64,000 nt of DNA, taken from Candidatus Poribacteria bacterium. GTDB taxonomy: Bacteria; Poribacteria; WGA-4E; PCPOR2b. Shown one piece after another: positions 9,797-19,306 of the stretch (the first letter of the stretch is position 1; every line of letters starts with the position of its first letter). Location: positions 160,001 through 224,000 of the forward strand of contig OZ242351.1 in NCBI GenBank assembly GCA_965208675.1, written 5' to 3'. The notes under the pieces are model-generated. The model worked only from the letters and a program-made list of their open reading frames with translations, did not search any database and was not told the DNA's origin. The position numbers and the translations under genes were made by a program.

Positions 9797-11326
9797 CTAC
9801 GCTTCATTCTCTTCTAAATATCTGTTCGCTGCTGCTAGTGCTTCTTTGGGAGTATTGATTTTTCCTTCAAACTGAAGCGCTTCAATATGCTTCAAAATGT
9901 GCCCGACTCTGATGCCCGGTTTCAACCCGAGTGTTCGAATGATGTCATGCCCGGTGATTAGTCGGCCGCGTTCAATCATCGGCGAGATTTCGTTGTAATA
10001 AAGATCTGCAATACTGCGCATTACTGCTTCTGTTTTGGTCGATTCGTCCGCCGGGCAAAGTCTGCCCTGTGTTGCGCGTTGATGCGCAGAAGATAGCAAA
10101 AGTACGCCTAACCATTCTTCATCTGCGTTCTTTAAAAAGTGAAGCATGGATTGGCGCGTTGGAGGCAATAAGCTGACAAGGTTCCGTATTTGAAGATGAC
10201 TTCGAACGAGACAGTGTATGAGTCTTACCACTTTTTTGCCTAATCTCAAACGCTTCGCAATGCCGGCCGCAATCTCCGCGCTAGCCTTCTCGTGACCGTG
10301 AAATTGCACGTCATCTTCAGAGTTGATTGTTTTCATTGCCGGTTTGCCAGGATCGTATAGCATCAAACCCAGCTTAATTATCTGCCATCGCTTCACGCCG
10401 TTGACGATGTATTGGTCTAAATACGCTTGAACTTCGCGGCGGTATCGCTCCAGCGCATCGGGAATTGGTTGCGCCTCAAAATTCGCGATTGCCGCCAAGG
10501 AAAATTCCCAGACATTGATACAGTGGTAATCACCCTGTTGTACACGCCGCATGTCCTCAATTTCGGGAATCACCCGTGAAAGGAGGCGAACATCGTCCAT
10601 TTGTCGTAGATGAATGGCAGAATTTTTGACATTCAAGATTTTAATGAACTCATCTCGGACGCGATCGATCGATACTGTTGATAGTTCTTCTTTATGCTGA
10701 CGAATCAGATTGACCGTGGACTCCGGAATCTCAAATTCTAATTCTGCTGCTAGACGATATGCACGCAACATTCGGAGCGGATCGTCCTCCACAACTCGGG
10801 GGTTAGGCAAACGTAAGCGTTTTGCTTCAACATCTCCAAAACCTCCGCAGGGATCAATTAGTTTTAGCGTTGGCTGCTTCAATAGCGAAGAAAGGTCAAT
10901 AGCAATGGCGTTAATCGTGAAGTCGCGCAGCTGCAAATCCGCCTCCAATGTTTCGGCGCGAAATTGCGTAAAGTCCAGTGTGAGCCTAGTCTTTCGTATA
11001 ACAACGCGTGCTGTCGGCGGGTGGTCTTCTAATTTCACAAACGCGTCGCCGGTACGATCTGCGAACGCTTTAGCGAACGGAATCGCATCGCGGTCAACAG
11101 CAAAATCGAGATCAGTAATTTCGCGGTTGAGAAGTAAATCCCGAACAGATCCCCCCACAAGGTAGAGCCGAACCCCCCGGTCTTCGGAGAGTGAATTTAG
11201 CTCAGAAAGCAGATGAATATTTGGTATATGTTTTAGTAACGTTGGGCTTGGAAGAGATTGCATGCTTGATGGAGAAATTTTAGGCGTGCTCGTCGAATAG
11301 TCAAATTCGATTTGTAACAAAATCAA
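9797..11326 (-). CDS. CCA tRNA nucleotidyltransferase / poly(A) polymerase family with degenerate HD domain (start uncertain)
   Basis: YLVGGSVRDLLL..DLDF, LRDFTINAIA, LIDPCGG, DDPLRMLRAYR, LITGHDI..LGLKPG. The HD motif position reads LYDPGK. Confidence 0.88.
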   Translation of the reverse strand: MILLQIEFDYSTSTPKISPSSMQSLPSPTLLKHIPNIHLLSELNSLSEDRGVRLYLVGGSVRDLLLNREITDLDFAVDRDAIPFAKAFADRTGDAFVKLEDHPPTARVVIRKTRLTLDFTQFRAETLEADLQLRDFTINAIAIDLSSLLKQPTLKLIDPCGGFGDVEAKRLRLPNPRVVEDDPLRMLRAYRLAAELEFEIPESTVNLIRQHKEELSTVSIDRVRDEFIKILNVKNSAIHLRQMDDVRLLSRVIPEIEDMRRVQQGDYHCINVWEFSLAAIANFEAQPIPDALERYRREVQAYLDQYIVNGVKRWQIIKLGLMLYDPGKPAMKTINSEDDVQFHGHEKASAEIAAGIAKRLRLGKKVVRLIHCLVRSHLQIRNLVSLLPPTRQSMLHFLKNADEEWLGVLLLSSAHQRATQGRLCPADESTKTEAVMRSIADLYYNEISPMIERGRLITGHDIIRTLGLKPGIRVGHILKHIEALQFEGKINTPKEALAAANRYLEENEA

Positions 11327-11465
11327 TACGAGCGCTCACCGATTTGCGCTGTGGGATAGTAGGCTATTTCGTTTGCTGCGGTAATAGGACGAGGCGAAAT
11401 GGTACCAGATTTTCCTCAATAGAGCGAATATGCGATCATTGAAAATAATCTGTCTCGGTGAAACG

Positions 11466-12224
11466 TTAAAACTGCTTTATTCGGCCCCAAGTGTAGGTGA
11501 GCTTGGCTTGTGGGGACACTGCAAGCTGCCATTCGCCAAAATTCAAGTCGGCATCTGGAATGTTATCGCCCGTAATCACCACTTCATCAAAGTGAACCTC
11601 GCAATTCTTGGCGAGTAGCACAGCCGCCCCTGCATCAAGAGATGTGCCAAATTCCGGGGGATTTTCATACTCGCATACCAACTCGTCGTTCAGAAACATC
11701 CGGTATAAATCCCCTTCGGCAACAGCTCGCACTCTATACAGGTGATTTTCTCTGAGGCTGCGGTTGTTTCTACCTTCAATCCGCAGATAAAATCCCTCCC
11801 AAAATCTTTGGCAAATTCCCAGTGTCCAGTGAACATGATCTTTTGCGATGATGATAAAATTTAAACCGTTGAGCACGTCTTCATTTGGCTTGTTATAGTG
11901 TATACCAAAACCGACCTCCGGCGACGACGGTGCACTTGGAAATGAGTCTTTGATCTCAAATTGGCACTTAAACTCGTAATTTCTCCATGTCCGATTTCCA
12001 ATGCCAAAGACGCTTGCGAAACCCCTGGCTTTTCGAGATTTGGCAACTAACTTCCCGGTTTCGGCAGACCATTGAGTAGTTTCGTCGAATTGGGAATTGA
12101 ATATCTTTCCTCCGAATTTCCGCCAACCGTCTGCATCCCCGTCGTCAAAATTGTCCCTCAATACGCCCGCCCATGCTGTTGTACCCAATAGAAGCATTAT
12201 CAATCCGAATATTGACCTTTTCAA
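11466..12224 (-). CDS. Secreted beta-sandwich (DUF1080/LamG-like) protein with C-terminal AVSPQAKLTYTWGRIK motif
   Basis: TTG start after RBS AAGGAGG. Signal peptide ...TTAWA-G, DNFDDGDADGW, EVHFDEVVITG, and the C-terminal motif. Confidence 0.75.
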   Translation of the reverse strand: MKRSIFGLIMLLLGTTAWAGVLRDNFDDGDADGWRKFGGKIFNSQFDETTQWSAETGKLVAKSRKARGFASVFGIGNRTWRNYEFKCQFEIKDSFPSAPSSPEVGFGIHYNKPNEDVLNGLNFIIIAKDHVHWTLGICQRFWEGFYLRIEGRNNRSLRENHLYRVRAVAEGDLYRMFLNDELVCEYENPPEFGTSLDAGAAVLLAKNCEVHFDEVVITGDNIPDADLNFGEWQLAVSPQAKLTYTWGRIKQF

Positions 12225-12549
12225 AATTCCCCTCCTTCTTTCGAGTAAAACCTCACACATGATTATCGGATAACGTTCCTTATGGTGGGTCGTCCGATGC
12301 AGAAGATTGCCAGACCGATGTGACTGTTATGGTCAATGTGGACCTGTGCCCGTATTCAATTAGTCTAAAACCCATTACCATCCGCGGTGAAGCCCCCAAA
12401 TTCCCGCTGCGAATTCGCATTGCGGTTCAAAAAATCTTACTTCGTCTGAACAGCATTGCGCGCTCTACCTACAAGCAACGAGTGTGAAGCGCTTTAAATC
12501 TCGACACACATTTATCAGCGCTCTCGGTAGAATCCGTCAGGCGTCGTAT

Positions 12550-13335
12550 TCATTTGGACCAAAAGACGGGCAAATTGTTTTTGCTAACCGAGTGATATTC
12601 GTCCTCTAGTCCGCACATCCAGTAAAACAGTTCAGCGGCATCGTTTATCGCTCGATGGTGTTCCCGGTGGAAATAATAGAGGGCTGGCCGTCCCTTGGCG
12701 TACCGAGGCTCAAAATCCGGCTCCCGAATCCAGTCGCGTTCGGGCGGAACCGTCCGCGTGTACCAATATTTCATTTGGTTTCGAATAGCGGTTGCTGTAG
12801 ACGCTGTGCGGCGGTGCCAAATGCGGTAAATCGTTAGAAATATTGTACCGGCGCTGCCGGCTGTCGAGACAGCACCGCGTATCCTACCGTAATGCCTCAT
12901 CCAACACTGCAAATTGAACAGAAAATGAGACTCTGGCAATAACTCCGTAGGACCAAGTTCAACCGGTGTGTCTTGAGGGTAATAAAACACCTGGAGACTA
13001 TCAAGACCGGGAATATACGACGAACCTCCGTCCGTGTGCCAACCGCCTTCCATACCGGCAGGACACTGGATTCGAGTATTCCCTAATTGGGTCGGATACG
13101 TGAAGTTTTTGCCCAAAACAGAGCGAATCGCACCAGCCGCTTGGGGATTCAACGTCACATTCTCAATGTACCAATCCTCCTCTGATGGCACAGCTCCGTC
13201 ATGTTCATCGCAATATTCACACACCCTCCGGTTGATTTCATCCGGGACAACCCCGTCCAGAATTAAAAATCCCTTCTTGCAGAACTCCAATACTTGTGAA
13301 TCCGTCAATGTGGGATCACAATCATGGGTAAGCAT
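12550..13335 (-). CDS. PhyH family Fe(II)/2OG oxygenase
   Basis: WHTDG, FYYPQDT..ELGPTELLPESH, IWHRR. Confidence 0.82.
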   Translation of the reverse strand: MLTHDCDPTLTDSQVLEFCKKGFLILDGVVPDEINRRVCEYCDEHDGAVPSEEDWYIENVTLNPQAAGAIRSVLGKNFTYPTQLGNTRIQCPAGMEGGWHTDGGSSYIPGLDSLQVFYYPQDTPVELGPTELLPESHFLFNLQCWMRHYGRIRGAVSTAGSAGTIFLTIYRIWHRRTASTATAIRNQMKYWYTRTVPPERDWIREPDFEPRYAKGRPALYYFHREHHRAINDAAELFYWMCGLEDEYHSVSKNNLPVFWSK

Positions 13336-13631
13336 GGTGGGGTACCTCCGTTAATCTAATGACTCTCATCAAAGTGAAAGTGATAATTGGAAAAAGGTTC
13401 GGCGGACTAAATCCAAGTTAACTTGTCCGCACTCTCCCGTTTCTAGCCTGCGCTGTATAGCATCAATCGCTCTTCTTAACCTTCAGTATAACATAAATGC
13501 AGCATGATTACCACATCAACCCTGACGTTTAGCGGAATCTGTTTTCCGCTGCGCATAGAGGAAAACAGATGAAATCAACCGTAAAATCGGGCATAATATA
13601 TCACAAAAGCTAAATGATAAAAGAGGTGTCC

Positions 13632-14348
13632 ATGGCGGTGATTACGATTATCGGACGCGGCCACTCCGGCACGCGCGCAATCTCACAGACATTGTATGCC
13701 AGCGGTGTGTACATGGGCAACACACTAAACCCTTCCGGCGACAAGGTTCCGCCTGATGCCATGTACGATGCCTGCAGAGTGATGGGAAGCCGCGTTAAGT
13801 GGAACGGGGGTTTATCATGGGACTTTGCACCGCTGCACACCATGGAGATTGACAGTGAATTCGAAGACCTGATACATGCCTATCTAGCTGACGTGCTTCG
13901 CAGTAAATCTGCGGATAAAGGTTGGAAAATACCCGAGACCACCTTGGTGTATCCGTGGATTGTACGCATGTTTCCTGACATCAAGTATATTCATTGGATT
14001 CGCGATCCAAGAGACTGTATTCTTAGAAGCCACATCACAGATGACCTGCAACGGTTTGGAGTTGACTGCCCCGCAGCGAATGACGTCCGCAGACGCAGAG
14101 CCATCTCTTGGCAGTACCAATATGAACTCGTGAAATCAACGCCTAAACCCAAAAACTATATTCTCATCAGATTTGAGGATTTCATTCTTAAGCACGACGA
14201 AACAATCCAGTGTCTTGAGGACTTTTTGGGCATTCCATTAGCCAAGATTATTGTCAGGGGAGAATCAGTCGGCCGCTGGAAAACGGATACGGGAGAGCAC
14301 AATTTTGACTTCTTTAGCGAAGCGTTGGCAGCGCACCATTACGATTAA
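13632..14348 (+). CDS. Sulfotransferase family protein
   Basis: PAPS-binding IIGRGHSGT, GWKIPET, IRDPRD, IRFEDF, SVGRWK. RBS GAGGTG. Confidence 0.82.
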   Translation: MAVITIIGRGHSGTRAISQTLYASGVYMGNTLNPSGDKVPPDAMYDACRVMGSRVKWNGGLSWDFAPLHTMEIDSEFEDLIHAYLADVLRSKSADKGWKIPETTLVYPWIVRMFPDIKYIHWIRDPRDCILRSHITDDLQRFGVDCPAANDVRRRRAISWQYQYELVKSTPKPKNYILIRFEDFILKHDETIQCLEDFLGIPLAKIIVRGESVGRWKTDTGEHNFDFFSEALAAHHYD

Positions 14349-14447
14349 AGGAAGCCGGCCTCCGCTCAATGGTTCACTGATTCATCTTTCCTTGGACCGC
14401 TCACAATTCATAATCCGCAATACACCATGCAACTACCTAGTTTGCGC

Positions 14448-14476
14448 TTGACTGATCCGGTCTAGACAGATATAAT
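14448..14476 (+). promoter_or_regulatory. sigma70-type promoter
   Basis: TTGACT-17 nt-TATAAT. Confidence 0.7.
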
Positions 14477-14605
14477 ATTTATTATTCTGCGCAACAGATA
14501 TGAGGTTGGGTTTTCATCAAAACCTCCGTGAAAAAGCTGCATTCTTTCCCCTCAAAACCTCATCCCTTCGCTCACTCCGGTACATTTTTCAAAGGCAGGT
14601 GATAT

Positions 14606-16546
14606 GTGAATCAATCCACGCCCACCAATAGCGGCACGACAAACAGCGTTGCCTTGCGGGCAGTGGTAATCGGACTCATCTTCGTTTTTGCAAACGCCTA
14701 TTGGGTTGGAAGAAATGACCTCATAACAGGGCCAAAACACAATTACATGTCTCTGTTCAGCAATGCCGTTTTCACGTTTTTTTTGCTGACGCTTGTAAAC
14801 CTCCTGCTGCGGAAATTGGCACGGCATTTTGCGTTATCGGACTCAGACCTCTTGGTCGTCTACATCATGGTTGTTATGATTACAACCGTTGCTGGGCACC
14901 AGACCATGAGCAAGTTGGTCGGAACACTTGTCCACCCATACTGGTTTGCCACGGCAGAAAATGACTGGCGTAACCTCTTCTGGCGGTATATTCCCGAATG
15001 GTTTACGACAACGGACGAAAAAGCGTTGATCGGCTTTTTTCGCGGCGAGACCACGGTGTTCACGCCGCATTTCCTCAGCGTCTGGTTGAAACCCATCGTG
15101 TATTGGTCAGCTTTCACCTTTGTCCTATTCTTCGTCCTCATCTGCATTAACACAATTATCCGAAGACAGTTTACTGAGCATGAACGGCTCACCTATCCGA
15201 TTACTTGGATGCCGCTTGAGATGGGGCGCGATCCTGTCGCCTTCCTTAAAAACAGGTTGATGTGGATAGGTTTTGGAATAGCGGCAGCAATTAGTCTATT
15301 GAACGGGCTGAGCAATCTGTATCCCGCTCTACCTTCTGTCCCCGTTGGGTGGACGCGGTTCAACTTCAATGAGAAGCCGTGGAGTTACATGGTCTATACG
15401 CGCATCTCATTTCAGCCCTTCGTTATCGGCCTTTCGTTCTTCATGCCGCTCGACCTCGCCTTTTCTGCCTGGTTTTTTTACTTCCTTAAAAAGTTGACAC
15501 AACTGCTCTTGGGCGCCACGATGGGTTGGCGGAATCTCTATCTTGATGAACAAGCGCAAGGCGCCTGGAACGCATTGGGGATTTTGGCGTTGTGGGTCGG
15601 ACGTAGACACCTCAAACGCGTATTCACGCACGCCTTTACGGGAAAGGGGGGTATTGATGACTCAAAAGAACCCATGCCTTATCGGACAGCACTCTTCGGA
15701 ATCGCCGGTGGATTCCTGTTTTTCATCTGGTTCGCCTTTAAGGCAGGTTTCTCGATCTGGGTGATGCTGCTGTTTCTGGTGCTGTACTTCTGCACGGCGA
15801 TTGGCATCAGTAAAATCAGGGCTAGTCTCGGCGTGACTGTGCATGAATTGTTGTGGGTGGATCCCGGCAGAACCATGGTTACATCGTTGGGTACACGGAC
15901 ATTCGGCCCCCGTAACTTGACCATTCTCTCATTTCTATACTGGCTCAATCGAGACCAGGCTGCCCATCCAATGCCAAGTCAGCTTGAAGCGTTTCGGATT
16001 GGTGAACAGGTAAATATGAACTCTCGCCGGTTATTCTGGGCGGTGATTATCACTTTTGCCGTCGGAATTCCCGCGACCTTTCTGATATACTTCGACATTT
16101 TGTATCACCACGGAGCCGCGAATCCTGCAACGTCCTTCATCATGGGGGTCGGAAGGGAAGGTTTGGGACAACGCCTTCAAACGTGGTTGACTTTCCCAAT
16201 GGCAGGAGACTACGTGACCATGGGTTTTATGGGGCTAGGCAGCGTTCTTACCGGCTTTTTCTTAATTATGAAGATGCGGTTCCTTTGGTGGCCCTTCCAT
16301 CCGGTAGGTTATGTACTCGGCGTAAGCCCGGCAGAGATGGTCTACATCTGGGTTCCCGTCCTCACAAGTTGGTGGCTAAAATTCATCATCCTCCGATACG
16401 GCGGCTTGCGGGCGTATCGGAAAGCCATCCCGTTTTTTGCGGGATTGATACTTGGGGATTATTCGATGGGCGGCATCTGGAGTATCATTAGCGCCATTAC
16501 CAAAATCACAACCTACAATATGGGGTGGCACCCTGTGTTAAACTGA
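14606..16546 (+). CDS. Multi-pass membrane protein, DUF6785/DUF6784-like (putative OPT-related transporter)
   Basis: Many TM segments; RRQFTEHERLTYPI, MPSQLEAF, WWPFHPVGY, LRYGGLRAYRKAIPFFAGLILGD. Confidence 0.7.
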   Translation: MNQSTPTNSGTTNSVALRAVVIGLIFVFANAYWVGRNDLITGPKHNYMSLFSNAVFTFFLLTLVNLLLRKLARHFALSDSDLLVVYIMVVMITTVAGHQTMSKLVGTLVHPYWFATAENDWRNLFWRYIPEWFTTTDEKALIGFFRGETTVFTPHFLSVWLKPIVYWSAFTFVLFFVLICINTIIRRQFTEHERLTYPITWMPLEMGRDPVAFLKNRLMWIGFGIAAAISLLNGLSNLYPALPSVPVGWTRFNFNEKPWSYMVYTRISFQPFVIGLSFFMPLDLAFSAWFFYFLKKLTQLLLGATMGWRNLYLDEQAQGAWNALGILALWVGRRHLKRVFTHAFTGKGGIDDSKEPMPYRTALFGIAGGFLFFIWFAFKAGFSIWVMLLFLVLYFCTAIGISKIRASLGVTVHELLWVDPGRTMVTSLGTRTFGPRNLTILSFLYWLNRDQAAHPMPSQLEAFRIGEQVNMNSRRLFWAVIITFAVGIPATFLIYFDILYHHGAANPATSFIMGVGREGLGQRLQTWLTFPMAGDYVTMGFMGLGSVLTGFFLIMKMRFLWWPFHPVGYVLGVSPAEMVYIWVPVLTSWWLKFIILRYGGLRAYRKAIPFFAGLILGDYSMGGIWSIISAITKITTYNMGWHPVLN

Positions 16547-16644
16547 AGTTTAACCGCGCGATGTTATTTCTTGACTGCATCGCGGTGTACTTAAGCGTGA
16601 ATGCCCGCACGCAAAACAAGTGATTTAAGGAAAGCTAAGGTAGT

Positions 16645-18339
16645 ATGAGTTCAGACAATGCAAAAGGCATTAAAAAAGGTTTAACAAACTACGGCGACCC
16701 TGAGTTTAGTGTGTACATTCGGAAGGCGTTTTTTAAGGCGATGGGGTACGGTGACGAGGAACTTGAACGGCCTATCGTCGGCATCATCAACACCTTCAGC
16801 GGGTTTAACAGTTGCCACCACAATTTCGGTGACCTAATCGAAGCGGTCAAAAGAGGGGTGCTGTCCCAAGGCGGGCTGCCAATCGAATTCCCGACTATTT
16901 CGCTCGGCGAAATGTTTACGGCGCCTACGACCATGATGTTTCGCAACCTGATGGCGATGGACACAGAAGAGATGATTCGCGCCCAGCCGATGGACGGCGT
17001 CGTCCTTTTGGGCGGTTGCGACAAGACTGTCCCCGCCCAGTTGATGGGTGCGGCAAGCGTGGATATTCCTGCAATCTGTTTAGTCGCAGGACCGATGATA
17101 ACAGGCGATTATCGCGGTGAACGACTCGGCGCATGCACCGATTGCCGCCGATTTTGGAGAGAATACCGCGCAGGCAACATAGATAAAGGGGATATTGATG
17201 AAATTGAAGGTCGGTTGTGTGCCAGTACCGGTACCTGCATGGTAATGGGAACGGCTAGCACCATGGCAGCCATGGCAGAAGCGCTCGGTATCATGCTGCC
17301 CGGCGGCGCCGCAATTCCTGCAGTGATGGCGGAACGCCGTCGGCAAGCTGAGGCGACGGGGAGAACCATCGTCTCAATGATACGAAAACAGCTGCGTCCG
17401 TCAAAAATTTTGACCCGGAAATCATTTGAGAACGCGCTCAGAGTCCTCATGGCGATTGGCGGTTCGACAAACGCGGTCATCCACCTCACAGCAATTGCGA
17501 GGCGTTTGCACATTGAATTGCATCTCAACGATTTCAATCAAATCAGCGATGAAACGCCGGTATTGGTGAACGTCAGACCGAGCGGTGAATATTACATGGA
17601 AGATTTTTGGAAGGCGGGCGGCGCACCGGTAGTCATGAAAGCGCTCGAAGATTTTCTAAACACAGACGCGCTCACCGCCTTAGGGTCAACTGTCGGCGAG
17701 AACCTGTCGGGCGTTCCTCAACCCCCGGCATGGCAGAACGCGATCTCGGCAATTGACAATCCTCTGTTCGGAACAGGTTCGCTCGTCTGCCTATTCGGCA
17801 ACCTTGCACCAAACGGCGCAGTCATCAAACGATCGGCCGCTTCTCCTAATTTACTAACACATCAAGGTCCCGCTGTTGTCTTTAAGTCGCTTGACGACCT
17901 GCACAACCGTATTGATTCCCCGGACTTAGAGGTCACGAAGGAGCACGTTATGGTGCTTCAGAATGCAGGTCCCATCGGGGGACCAGGCATGCCGGAAGCC
18001 GGTTACCTGCCCATTCCGAAGAAACTCCTACAAACAGGCGTCAAAGATATGGTTCGCATCTCTGACGCTCGCATGAGCGGCACGGCATTTGGCGCGGTGG
18101 TGCTGCACGTCTCTCCGGAAGCCGCCGTTGGAGGCGCATTGGCATTGGTGCAGGACGGCGACCTGATTGAACTCGATGTCCCCACTAAACGCCTAGAATT
18201 GCTGGTAAACGCCGAAGAATTGGCGAAACGCCGGGATAGTCTCACCCCCCCAACTCCCCATTTTGAGAGAGGTTATGGCAAACTCTTTATCGATCACGTC
18301 GAGCAAGCCCATCTCGGTTGCGATTTCGATTTTCTTTAG
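16645..18339 (+). CDS. IlvD/Edd family dehydratase (probably sugar-acid dehydratase subgroup)
   Basis: NSCH, MMFRNLMAMD, GGCDKT, GTCMVMGTASTM, GGSTNA, GNLAP.GAVIK, GMPEAG, RISDARMSGT, HVSPEAA. Confidence 0.92.
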   Translation: MSSDNAKGIKKGLTNYGDPEFSVYIRKAFFKAMGYGDEELERPIVGIINTFSGFNSCHHNFGDLIEAVKRGVLSQGGLPIEFPTISLGEMFTAPTTMMFRNLMAMDTEEMIRAQPMDGVVLLGGCDKTVPAQLMGAASVDIPAICLVAGPMITGDYRGERLGACTDCRRFWREYRAGNIDKGDIDEIEGRLCASTGTCMVMGTASTMAAMAEALGIMLPGGAAIPAVMAERRRQAEATGRTIVSMIRKQLRPSKILTRKSFENALRVLMAIGGSTNAVIHLTAIARRLHIELHLNDFNQISDETPVLVNVRPSGEYYMEDFWKAGGAPVVMKALEDFLNTDALTALGSTVGENLSGVPQPPAWQNAISAIDNPLFGTGSLVCLFGNLAPNGAVIKRSAASPNLLTHQGPAVVFKSLDDLHNRIDSPDLEVTKEHVMVLQNAGPIGGPGMPEAGYLPIPKKLLQTGVKDMVRISDARMSGTAFGAVVLHVSPEAAVGGALALVQDGDLIELDVPTKRLELLVNAEELAKRRDSLTPPTPHFERGYGKLFIDHVEQAHLGCDFDFL

Positions 18340-18400
18340 TGCTGCGTAGGAATGTAGTCCAGAATCAGACTGATTCGGTGAATCAGCAATATTCGATTTC

Positions 18401-18793
18401 TTAACCATCGTGGGACTTGAACTTGTACCGGTTAGTTTCAGGTTGCCAGTCTCTTATCATCGTTCTCTCTAGCTCCAACGTCTCCCGCTCTCCCGTAGTG
18501 GATACCGCCGAAAACTCGACGATATGGCGAAACATGCGAAGTTGCCGCCGTAAGTCTGGATTGTCTTCGTCCGAAAGGTGCTGCAGCAGTCGCCGGCGAA
18601 CGCATGTTGTGGATTGGCCGACGTAAAGGCGTTCCGGCGCATCCTCGGTGCCGGTCGGCAGCCACAATGCGTATAACCCGCATCTATCCTTCGGCAGTTG
18701 CAACACCTCGGTCCGAGTAAATGGCTTCCGCTCGTTCTCTAACCGGTACTTCACGGAGAATGGGTTGGTATTACTGTAGGGTTTGCTGGACAT
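18401..18793 (-). CDS. Small stand-alone GIY-YIG nuclease
   Basis: GLYALW...LYVGQS..VRRRLLQH, LELE...PETN. Confidence 0.78.
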   Translation of the reverse strand: MSSKPYSNTNPFSVKYRLENERKPFTRTEVLQLPKDRCGLYALWLPTGTEDAPERLYVGQSTTCVRRRLLQHLSDEDNPDLRRQLRMFRHIVEFSAVSTTGERETLELERTMIRDWQPETNRYKFKSHDG

Positions 18794-18846
18794 GGGTTAT
18801 AAAATAGGGTGCCTCAAGTACGGAACAGCGATTATTGTTTCCGCTA

Positions 18847-18910
18847 ATATGTATAGTTTTTGCTGATTTTTATACATATAATATGTGATATGTATAAAAC
18901 GTATACATAT
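18847..18910. promoter_or_regulatory. Four alternating copies of ATATGTATA/TATACATAT (putative operator array)
   Basis: 9-mers at 18847, 18871 (reverse), 18888 and 18902 (reverse), in an AT-rich patch upstream of the GIY-YIG gene. Confidence 0.45.
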
Positions 18911-18917
18911 TGATGAG

Positions 18918-18950
18918 AGAAATCGAGTTTTTTTGAAAAACTCGGTTTCT
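18918..18950. repeat. Imperfect palindrome AGAAATCGAGTTTTT..AAAAACTCGGTTTCT (REP-like or bidirectional terminator)
   Basis: Inverted repeat visible in the sequence. Confidence 0.55.
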
Positions 18951-19069
18951 TTGAGGCGGCACTAAGTTAGAAAATTGAGTTGTTCCCTATTTTCCATCGC
19001 ACTCCGAATGTTTCCGCATTCCGTAACCAAGTTATTGAAGACAACCTCGTTCTCGGAATCGCCCGCAAG

Positions 19070-19098
19070 GTAGTAGGCACACGCCGTGTGCCTACTAC
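19070..19098. repeat. GTAG-type REP palindrome GTAGTAGGCACAC-GCC-GTGTGCCTACTAC
   Basis: Perfect 13-bp stem. Its GTAGTAG end is shared with the RAYT-associated REPs. Confidence 0.7.
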
Positions 19099-19243
19099 GA
19101 TACCTTGAGCATCTATCTACAATAGTCTCACATACATATAAAATTCATAATGGCACAATCGAAGGCCAAAATCTACCAGTTTTTCGTGATTGCCCCTATT
19201 CGTCCTGACAAAAATATCGTTATAAGCTAATCCCAAAATTGTG

Positions 19244-19272
19244 TTGACAAAGCCCATCTACATAGTTATAAT
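19244..19272 (+). promoter_or_regulatory. Consensus sigma70 promoter
   Basis: Perfect TTGACA-17 nt-TATAAT upstream of the PorV-family gene. Confidence 0.85.
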
Positions 19273-19306
19273 GGGGATATTCGTAAGATAACAGAGGAGA
19301 GCAGAC

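Noticed and set aside
14397-14408. lac operator half-site (CCGCTCACAATT; a similar one at ~47327)
   Set aside because: Only half-sites, with no second arm and no vector context; probably chance.
16645-18339. Gene symbol ilvD
   Set aside because: The family is clear, but the sequence looks closer to sugar-acid dehydratases, so the substrate cannot be assigned.
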